Assembly: GCA_002245135.1 (NCBI GenBank)
Contig: NGBS01000019.1
Location: 1-64,000, forward strand
Direction of reading: 5' to 3'
Length of the DNA stretch: 64,000 nucleotides
From: Proteromonas lacertae
Lineage: Eukaryota
The notes beneath the pieces were generated by a model that had not been told where the DNA came from, did no database searches, and saw only the letters and a program-made list of their open reading frames with translations. Position numbers and translations under genes: made by a program. Numbering within the stretch: the first letter of the stretch is position 1; every line of letters begins with the position of its first letter. Positions 54,054 to 64,000 of the stretch are shown here, one piece after another.

Positions 54054-57000
54054 TCATTGACTTTTACCAAATCTCTTTTTACCTTTACCTTTCTGGAATT
54101 TAGATCCTCCTTTACCTTTTGAATTTGGCTGTAACTGTGGTGGTGGTAAGTTTCCTTTCCTACTACCATCTTTAGTAGTAGTAGTATTAGTAGTAGTAGC
54201 TGTGCTATTAGTTGAATCAGTACTATTTCTTCTTTCTCTTTCTTGATCTCTTTCCTGTTTCTTAATCTCAGTCTGCCTAAATCTAGCTTGATGTTCCTTA
54301 ATATTCTTATTATTGGCAATTTCTCTTTGTAATAAGCACTTTGGCACTGGGCATTGCATATTTACACAACCATTGCAATGTAGTTTAATAAATGGCATGT
54401 ATTTAGTGCATCTAGCACATCTTCTATTTACACAACTTCTCATATGTTCTACTATCTCACTATACTGTTCATGATCTTCTTTATATTCATCACACTCTGG
54501 ACATTGACTAACATGTTCAATACCTTCAATAATTCTACTAACCTCTTGAATACTCTTCGAAGCAGGTTCTTCTGTCTCTTCTAAGGATACTTCACGCAAT
54601 TCGTGAGGATGTTTTCTAATTACACCAGTTTGCATAGAATCATAACATATTTTACATAAATCAAAATCATCACATCTATCACACGAATATCTAACATCAC
54701 ATATCTCCTTATGACAAGAATTACAAGTTAATGGGTATAATGGAGATATAGGGTTGTGTAAATGATATAACACCATCATAGTACTATGTTTAGCACGACG
54801 TAATTGATCAAATTGGAAGTGATTACCTTGACAGAAGGACAGAAATTCTCTTCTCAAATCAAACACTTGGCTTGACATTTTCCTATCTTCATCAGTAATT
54901 TCCTCTGGAACATTTACATCTACAGCTCTAATCTTATGTCTACCATCAGGATGTCGACAACCTCTTTCTTTAAAACCAGTTGATCTTTTACTCTCATAAC
55001 AATCTTCACATATATTCCAAGGTTCTAAATACCTCTCATGTTTGGTATCTTTTGGGTCTTTTACATCTCTACAAGATTCACATTCATATCTTTTACCATG
55101 TAGAATATATTTTCCACAATAATGACACCAATACTGCAAATGTGCATATAAATGATTCTCTTTTTGATTTGCCATTTTATTGGCTAATTCTTTGAATAGA
55201 TTTTCATATTGTATTCTGTTACTTTTATCATCTTTATTAGCTTTCTTTCTATAACTCTTTGGTCTGCTACTATATTCATTAGTTTCTTGTTTTGTTTCAT
55301 TATCTTCTTTCTTTGTCATTCTACTATCAATCTCCATCGTCCAGTAATCACCATCAAAATAAGGTAACATGGATAACTTCATATCATCCATTCTTCTACC
55401 ATAATTTGGAACTAGAAATTCATCATGGAAATTGGTCCTATGAATTACTGTTCCTAATTCTCTGCCTCTATTTAACATTGCTTCATACCAACACCTTAAT
55501 CGATCATCTTTAGGAACTTTCTGTTCTGGAGGATGACAGTGTAATATATAATCATCATTCTTACCAGGTGGACAAGCCCAAATGTGTAAACCAATAAAAC
55601 CTCTTTCCTTGATAGTTTGAATATAAGTGACTAAGAATTCATGATAGACTTTAGTACGGTATTGTGGAGGATAAAAATATTTCACTGAATCTAAATACGA
55701 GATGTAAGCTCGACGTTTGTTTGGTTCTGGACATTTATCATCATATTCTTCCACATATAATACCATCAATATAACATCTACATGATCAATCTTTTGGAAT
55801 AACACAATACACTTTGTATGACAGTTAAATTGTTTTGGATAGGATGAATCATGGATTGCTTCTACTATTTTAGGTTTTGGAATTGATATTCGATCATAAG
55901 ATGATACTACTCTTACAGTTAATTGATTACATTCAGGTATTTCAGATAAATCAACTCCTTTCTGTTTAGATTCTATTTGACGTAATTCTAATACTCTTTT
56001 CCTAATAGCTTCTTCTAAAACATCACTTAAATGACAGGTTGGTAATTTAGAAGCATCTAGTGGAGTAGTATTATCAATAGGAGAAGCTATTCATAATAAT
56101 AATAATTATTATTATTAATATATACGTATTTTAATTTCATTATATAACCTCATTAAACACTTTGGACAACAATATAAACTATCTTTATCTCTTGCATTTC
56201 TTCTATTATTAAACAATGTACATATGATATGGTACCACTTATTACAAAACTCACATAATACCCAACTCTCTTCAACAACATCTTCATTCTTTCTTTCAGT
56301 AAAATCTGCTTTATGAAACTTCTTATCTCCAACTTTAAACTCTTCTCCAAACTTTGTATAACAAGATTTACATAAATGAACTTTATTTTCACCATCTGCA
56401 TAGTAATTCACTCCTTTCTTTATCTTCTGACTACACACATTACAAAAGTATATTGCAGGTCTAAATAACAACTTACTACCATTACAAATTGGACATTTAG
56501 ATGAATCTAATGAGTTGGACTTTTCATTATCATATTTTCGTTTTGCTAATAAATATTGCTGTTTAAATTCGGCTAATAATTGTTTAGCAGCTTGATGATA
56601 ATATGTACCTTCAGGATTATACGTCATACAGTTGGTATAACACAATTCAACATCTCTATATAACTCCTCCGGTGTTTTATATTTACCATCTTTGAATTTC
56701 TTATTCACTGTTCCCATATCCATTGGATGTGTAATAATCTTGTTATAATCAGGAATATTATACCTTTTAACATCTACAGGCTCTTTAAATATATCAGCAT
56801 ATGAAGCATTTGGTGGATAATTATAAAAATATTTAATTACATCGTTAAAACACTTCTTTAAATCTCTTGTTGTATCAGTTGAACCACAATCATTACAGCT
56901 ATTGATATGATCATACACTTCACCACTTTTTAACATATTCAACATACATGAACCTCTAAGAGGAATTTGTAATCTTCGATCTGACCTTAGGTTCAATAAT

Positions 57001-57698
57001 GTCATATCATCATCAACTAATCTTGCTGGTGAACACTTATCACAACATGGATCACTACAATTATCATAATGCAGAAGTATTTCACGTATTTTTCTACAAT
57101 CGATTGAATCAAAGTCTTTACAACCTGAACATTTCGTTGATGAGATATGTTTCGTCACATTTTTGTATTTACAGAGCGGAGAGTTACAGTCACTGTTACA
57201 ACACCTTCGGCAATGCACAAGACACCTTGAGATTTCGATGATTTTACTGTTATCTTGTCTTGGTTGTGTATTCTTAGCTTTCTTTGTGTTTTGACGGACG
57301 ACTGACATATCATTTTGACGTTTTATTGCAGTTGTCTCTATTTTGTGTTGTATTTGATCATATATTTGATTTATTTTGAGTATAAGGTCATCCATTCCTA
57401 GATAATTCTTTACTTTTCTGTTAGACATGTATAAATAATACTCAACTACCAAAGATATTCTTTCTAATCTCTCTGTTGCAAATCTCTTCTGCATTTCATT
57501 CATTAAAGGATTCTTCGATACTTGGTGTTTGTCAAATATATACTTTTTCACAAACGCCAACATTTTCGCTCTGTCTTCATTTGAAATACTATATTGAGGA
57601 TTTTGTGAAACAACGAGCTGATTTGGATTTACGGCCTGAATTTGCTGGCCAGGGTAAAGTTGGGTTTGTGCGTAAGGGTATCTTCGATCTGCTATCAT
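54054..57698 (-). CDS. CBP: CBP/p300-family (KAT3) histone acetyltransferase: KIX-like, TAZ, bromodomain, RING/PHD, HAT, two ZZ, TAZ
   Basis: IFKEPVD..IPDYNKIITHPMDMGTV, RAYISYLDSVKYF, HIWACPP..DDYILHCHP, PYFDGDYW and FCQGNHFQFDQLRRAKHSTMMVLYHLHNP; intron at 56087-56125. Confidence 0.95.
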
Positions 57699-57831
57699 TC
57701 TATTAAGCAATAAAATTCAATATGTCATACAATTCAGTAAATAAATAAAAAAATAAAAATATAACACAAGCCAAGCCTATTTTTTAACCTGCTCTATCTC
57801 TTCTTAGCTTAATATTTTTTGTATGTAAAAT

Positions 57832-58412
57832 ATGTCAAATGCAGTAATTGACCAAATTTTATCATCTGGATGGAGTAATGAAAGATCATTGTGGGATTCT
57901 CTTCAAAATATACTTCTATATGGTGCTTTGGGTAATGTAGATATTTTTTCTGATAAAATTGACTCAGATATTCAATATAATAAAGCAAAAAATGTTGCAG
58001 AAAGAACCTGTTTGTTCAATATGTAATTCACGATGCTCCTTGTCTGTATCATGTAATATTTGTAATAAGTATTCATCTATATTCATATTCAAATAGAAAA
58101 TTTGGAAAGAACTGCATATCCAGATATTCATTAAACAGATTATATGGTAATTTTGATAGTTGGAAATGTTTAAAATGTCATTATAAAGAAATAGCAAAAG
58201 GTAAAATTATAAAACTAGTAAATCAAGAAGTAAATAATGTATTAACTGAAACCAGTTTAAACAAATATCATTCATCATTTAAATGTATTGGTTTTAATGA
58301 GTTGTTAACATTTGAAAAATCAGACTTTATTGAACTAGGATTATCCAAGCAAGATGCTCAGATTATCTATAAATATATATATGACAATTATAAGACAAAT
58401 TACACAAGAGAC

Positions 58413-58450
<38 letters not shown>

Positions 58451-59661
58451 TATTTATAATATGAAATATATATAGACTTTCACCAAAATGTAATAGTTAT
58501 TCAATAGAAGATTTAACAAAGTTAGATTATGAATCAATTAATAATTTATCGCCATCAATGATAAAAACAGATGGTCCAATATCAAATTATCAACAAGAAA
58601 GTATATATTTATTATAAACTATCATATATATATAGTGGATTATTGGAGTAGAAAAATCGAACAAACCACAGAGTCATTTACCAACATGTTATTAGATCCA
58701 GAATCAGCAGCATATAAACAATTTATTAATACATTTCCTGAATATAATTATATTAAAATTCCGCCAATAAAAATACAAAAACCATTTGATACTTATAGAG
58801 TTCCAACACCACTTGCAGAGATAGATGATTGTGAAAGAAACTACTTAAAAACTAAAGATAGATATTTATTCATTACATTAAGAGATCATTATTATACATT
58901 ACAAGTGTATTTAAGTACTTATACACTTCACAATGCTTCCAGTTATGGTAGATTCTTCTCAACTGATACTGTATTAAAGAAAGTGGCTATAATGGTGAAA
59001 AAGTATTTATATTATATATATTTTAAATATAGTTTATTGATTGGTACTGATTTATATATTGATATGTGTTGTGGTACTAATGCATTTGCTCCATTGTTAG
59101 GTATAAGATACAAATCTTTTGATTTATATCCACCGAAGTTTAATGCTTCTGCTGGAAATTTTGAAATGACAAATTGGTTTGATGTTACTGAATTACCTGA
59201 AAGTATTCATTTACTGTTTTTATATAGACTGTGTAATTGGATTAAACCCACCATTTGGAAAGGATGGTGAAACTGCAATTAAATTTCTAAATCATGCCTT
59301 AGAATTCAAGCCAAGAATGTTAATAGTTATATCACCAGGTAGTATTGAGTTGAAATTTAGACCGCCAAAGGAATATAAATTAATATTAAAGAATACTTCG
59401 TTGTGTTCAGGAGATTCGTTTTATGTTCCAGGAAATTTTAGATTTGGTGATAATAAACTTATTGCTCCTGAGACTAACACTTGTTTGTTTGTATGGAGGA
59501 AAGAATTAAATCCTGGAGATATTCTTCCTGGATTTAGACCTGTTTATACACTTTCAATGTATAGTTATATATTTAATTCACATCATATTATTGCAATTTA
59601 TAGAAAACGAAAGAAAGAGTATGAGAATAGAGAAGATAACAAAAAGAAGAGAATAAATTAA
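57832..59661 (+). CDS. PHD/ADD-type zinc finger + SAM-like domain + EDM2-like N6-adenine methyltransferase domain
   Basis: After intron 57937-57967: CSIC..SCNICNK.FGKNC..WKCLKC, then SAM-like LTETSLNKYHSSF...SDFIELGL. The C-terminus has SSYGRFFS, YIDMCCGTNAF, SFDLYPPK, NWFDVTELP and IGLNPPFG..AIKFLNHALEFKPRMLIVISP. Confidence 0.75.
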
Positions 59662-59692
59662 CATTTGTTATTATAAATTTCATGTATTTAAA

Positions 59693-60567
59693 TTAAATGG
59701 AAAATTCTTTATCACCCCATACTTGAGGCGAGTATATACCAGCCATAATTACGTTTAATATTGACTGTTTCCATATTTTCATTTGCTCATAATGCTTCTT
59801 AGGTAACTAGTATATAATAATGATATTTATATAAACATACCCTTATGGTTAATTCTTCATCCCCAGAAATAATCACCATACCCACATAAGTTTCACCTCT
59901 TGACTATTATTATCATATATTCATACATATATACATGTACATTTGATAATATATTACCTTCATCATCCTTTATATCTTCATTCTCAGATTCATATATCAA
60001 AGTGTCTTTGTCTATAGGAAACTACACTATATAAATAACGTATAATACAAATCCCAACGGTTCAAATGAACTAGGATCAAAATAATCAAGTCTGTCACAA
60101 CTCAAAGCGAAGTATCTCTTCTTCCAGTTTCTCCAAGATGTATTCTTGCCTCTTGACTTCTTTTCAAGTACTCCTGATATAATGATCTTTTCATTTAAAT
60201 ACTCTGATAGTGTATTAATCCATTCTTTCATATCATCACCACCATCTGCCTAAATATATTTAACAAGTAATTTAATACTTGCAAATTTATGTATTTATTT
60301 CTCCAAGATATTTTAAAACAATACGGCTTTCCTGTATCAACCAATGTAAGTTCTTTTATTGAACTTCCAGGTAAAAATATCTTGAAGTAATATTATATAT
60401 GTATACACATCCTTTTTCATCCTCTTGTGTTTCATCAGTATAATACGTCAGGTATTTCTCACTAACTACAAAGTATCTTCTTTTCCAATTCTATTTAGTG
60501 ATAAAATTGTTCAATATACTTTTCTAAAATGCCCTTCTTTATTTAGCCATCCCTGTTTCTTGTGCAT
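59693..60567 (-). CDS. Tandem pleckstrin-homology (PH) domain protein
   Basis: KQGWLNKEGHFRK/NWKRRYFVV..LTYY...MKEWINTL, then a second PH: SGVLEKKSRG..WRNWKKRYFAL..LDYF. Confidence 0.85.
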
Positions 60568-60687
60568 TAGATAAAAACAAAAAATAATCTAAAAGTAGCC
60601 GTTACAATAATTTATGTTTTTCTTTTTTACACAATAACAATTGAATATTGTCACATAATATATTAATAGTCAATGAACTTTTATTTT

Positions 60688-62586
60688 TTATTTCCTGGTT
60701 TTCTTATTTCGTCGTTTTTTCTCTTCATTATCTTCTCTTCCCCTTTTCTTCTTCTTATCTGGTTTAGAATCTAACGATATATAGGTAGAACACTGTTTTT
60801 CAACACCAAACACTGCACCTTCCATTTCTTTCACATCTTGAGAAAATACTCTTTTATTAATTCTAATCTTTCCCTTTTTTTCTTTTTGCTTTTCTTCTTC
60901 ATCATCATCCTCATCTTCTTCTTCTTCATTATCATCATTAGTTCCTCCTGGAGTATTAAAATTAATCTTACTAAGTATAGTTTTGTTTAATTCCTTTACT
61001 CTCACAGATAAATCATTTAAGTAATTCATATCATTAATGTTTTCATTATGTTTTAAATCATCTAAAAGTTCACTACTCTCTTCTTTTAAATCTTGTAAAT
61101 CATCATGTCCTTCTAAATAATGATCATTTGAATAGATTGATGCTTCTATTTCATTTCTAAACACTTGTAATTGTGTTATCTCTTCATCTCTTTTGTGAAG
61201 ATTCTGTTCAATATTAAAAACAAAATCACAACGATTATCTTTTGTTGCAGCTAACTTGCAATCATATTTCCAAAGTCCATTTTTGATTTTATTGAAATAT
61301 AAACATCCATAAGCAACATTTTCATCCATATTTAACGTTTTCGTTAAATTCACTTCTTCACTTATGGAATGTAAACAATCCAATAATATATTCTGAAAAT
61401 AGGGAATTCTTAAAGATCCTCCAACTATGGCTATTTCAGTATTCTTATATGATTCTGGTATTTTAGCTGCTGTGTAACACCTGTTTAGTAATGATTTTAG
61501 TTTATTAGCAATTCCAGTTAAATCAAGCATCTTTTCTATATCTGTTTTTGATAGAATAGATTCAAAATCATCATCATCTTTAACAGATTCTATTTCAACT
61601 TTGATTGTATCAGCACCATCAGCTGACAATTTTTCTTTTGCTGCTTCTAATATTTTATGCGATTTAAGATATAAAAATGGAGTGGAATTTAACTTTACTC
61701 CAAATTCTTTAACAACAGATTCATTCACCATTTCCATAATTACTCTATCAATATTTCTTCCTCCAAATTGAATATAATCATGAGATAATACTTCCATACC
61801 TCCTTTATAATATCTAACTACTGTACAATTCGTTGTAATATATCCCATATCTACCAAAATCACATATTTATCCTTTTTTATTGAATTGTTATTTTCATAA
61901 CCAAATGCTAATGCTGTTGCTAAATAATCATATAAGAAATCTACATCTTCCAATCCGATTGTTTTACAAAGAGATTCTAATAATTGACATTGAACAGTTG
62001 TGTAATAAAGTGGAATCTATTGTCATATTATATATTATTATTATTTATTATACAGAAAAAACAACACTTGGGTTTTGTTTCTTATCAATTTCAAATTGTC
62101 TTTTCATCCAGTTTATTAACATCATATATATTGTGTCTATTGTGAAATCTGAATCAACAATCTATTTCTATAATATATTTTATATATACTTTTACTGCAA
62201 CTTCATTTAATATTCCATATTTCGGTAATGAATATTTATTGACTTGCATTGGATAATACAAAGTAAAATCACTAATATCTGTTGATTTCTTACATAACAA
62301 ATCTCTTACTGGAAAAACTGTTGATAAAGCATACTTCTTCATCTAAAAAAATAGCAATATGTAATTATACTTGTTTTATATTACCAAAAGTTCTTTGTCC
62401 ATCTGCACCAAATGATATAATAAATCTATAATCATAATAGATATGTATATACTCTGTTTTCTTCTGGCTATATGCATTTTCTAAAATTCTACTTCCCTCA
62501 TTAGCTTTAGATGGATTGTAAGCAATTTTAACATACTTAGAACCCAAATCTATTCCATATAAAGCATCAGGACTGTTAAATTCCAT
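60688..62586 (-). CDS. Divergent Hsp70-superfamily protein, Hsp110-like nucleotide-binding domain, short C-terminus
   Basis: YGIDLGS, ILENAYSQKKT, LVDMGY, FGGRNIDRVI, KEKLSA, IVGGSLRIPYFQ and KTLNMDENVAYGC. Confidence 0.85.
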
Positions 62587-62913
62587 AGTACAAAAATCTA
62601 ATGTAAAAACAGTTTGATGTCCGTTTGATTAGCATGAACTAATTTTCTTGTTTTTACAGTAGACAGAGATAGATTTTACAAATGATTTAACCTACAGATC
62701 ATATATCCTTTAAGAAAAAGATATGGATAATTAATTGACTAAATGCAACCAAGATGGATTGATTCACAGAATCTAAAGCGAATGATGTGAAATATAAAGT
62801 TGTTTATATTAGATTTTCCAATTGATATTTGAATGCAATCTCAATCCTCATCGCCATATTTATCACAAACGAAAAAACAATAAATAGTGATTTTCAAAAG
62901 AAGAATTGTGAAA

Positions 62914-64000
62914 ATGAAAAGATCACAAGATTCTATTAAAGTATTACAATATATTAACTCAATTTATAGGTTTATGTGAGATTCAGACCAAAGCATTCAA
63001 CAGATAGTAAAATCATTCATGAATCTCCGTTTCATATAACTTCATCAGTACTTTTTTAATGATATTTAATCTTTTTAAATAAGACTACCGTTGTATTTAA
63101 TGATGATACTGATTTTAATTTTGATCATATCTTTCCTCCTGAAACTACACAAGATGAAATGTAATATTTGATATAATAATGATAATAGATTCCGTAATGT
63201 AGCAGCAAAGCATGTAATATCAGCAGTAGAAGGTTTTAACACTTGCATTATTGCATATGGTCAAACAAGTTCGGGTAAAACTCACACGATGATTGGTCCA
63301 AATGATTGCTTAAATCCTTTAGATAATGCTTCCACTTATAATCCAGTAAATTTGGGAATAATTCCAAGAGTATTTCAAGCAATTTCATCTTACTCTACAA
63401 ATATACATATTCAAGTATATTTATTGTTATTTTTATTTTATTAGATTTCTATTATTGAGGTATATAACGAAGAAACATATGATTTATTGGACAATAAACG
63501 AAAAAATGGAAAAGCCAATATTAGAACAACGGAAGCTGGTTATTTTGAAATGAAACAAATCAAAAAGAAGACAATTAAGAATATGGAAGAGTTTATCAAG
63601 TTATACAGTGAAGGAAATTCCTTAAGAGAAACGTCAATAACATTATTAAATGAGAGATCTTCACGTAGTCATTTAGTTATAACATTTTATATTAACAATA
63701 AGAATATCAAAGGTGATATTTTGAATAGTAAATTTGTGTTAGTTGATTTAGCTGGTATATATATATATATATATATTATTATTATTTATTTATTAATAGG
63801 ATCTGAGAATATCTCAAAATCAGGTGCAGATACAAATGTAAAACAAAGAAAAGAAGCAACATTAATAAATCGTTCATTATCTCAATTATCATTGGTTATT
63901 CAAGCAATAATTTATCATAGACCACACATACCTTATCGTGATTCAGTTCTAACTCAATTATTAAGTCAAACAATTGGTGGAAATTGTATGACCACAATGA
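62914..64000 (+). CDS. Kinesin motor-domain protein (3' end outside window; not in ORF track)
   Basis: Manual spliced translation: IK/VYVRFRP, FNFDHIF, GFNTCIIAYGQTSSGKTHTM, SYYEVYNEETYDLL, NERSSRSH, LVDLA/GSE, INRSL and HIPYRDSVLTQLL. Confidence 0.95.

Noticed and set aside
57995..58026. Apparent frameshift before the PHD finger
   Set aside because: A 31-nt intron at 57937-57967 restores the frame (GALGN/IFNIIKQKMLQKEPVCSIC).
62587..62913. Upstream ATGs or small ORFs before the kinesin
   Set aside because: ATGs at 62743, 62754 and 62833 hit stops within 17 codons, with no recognisable product. An additional 5' exon cannot be excluded.
1..64000. Alternative genetic code (ciliate-type TAA/TAG = Gln) to explain fragmented ORFs
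   Set aside because: Conserved proteins read correctly in the standard code once short GT..AG introns are removed. Gln is encoded by CAA/CAG, and genes end in TAA/TAG.
1..64000. Transposable elements or rRNA
   Set aside because: No transposase, reverse transcriptase or integrase motifs, terminal repeats, or rRNA-like GC-rich segments were seen.

Overview
This is gene-dense, very AT-rich eukaryotic nuclear DNA, not prokaryotic. Genes are split by very short GT..AG introns of about 25-55 nt, often containing (TA)n or (ATT)n tracts, and intergenic gaps are mostly 30-250 bp. Intron size, gene content and TGTTTGT(T/G)-like motifs downstream of genes suggest a Blastocystis/Proteromonas-like gut stramenopile (inference only). 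About 24 protein genes and one tRNA-Lys(CUU) are recognisable. They include NAC-alpha, Tim10, an RRM protein, R2R3-Myb, a giant ASH/Hydin-like Ig-repeat protein, SLC35B3, a CD36-like protein, asparagine synthetase, ARL6, GPI, METTL2/6-like methyltransferase, a cyclic-nucleotide PDE, a WD40 protein, Beclin/ATG6, CBP/p300, a tandem-PH protein, a truncated Hsp110-like protein and a kinesin. The most striking locus (1-9536, 5' end outside the window) is a giant class C-type 7TM receptor whose ectodomain is at least seven tandem copies of a bacterial UrtA/AmiC-like urea/amide-binding Venus-flytrap domain. The second is a PHD + SAM + EDM2-like NPPF N6-adenine methyltransferase gene (57832-59661). 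A recurrent TCAAGCC motif sits in many promoters. Several frameshifts with no usable intron indicate probable assembly indels. All family calls come from motif recognition by eye, no searches were run, and exon boundaries are manual.
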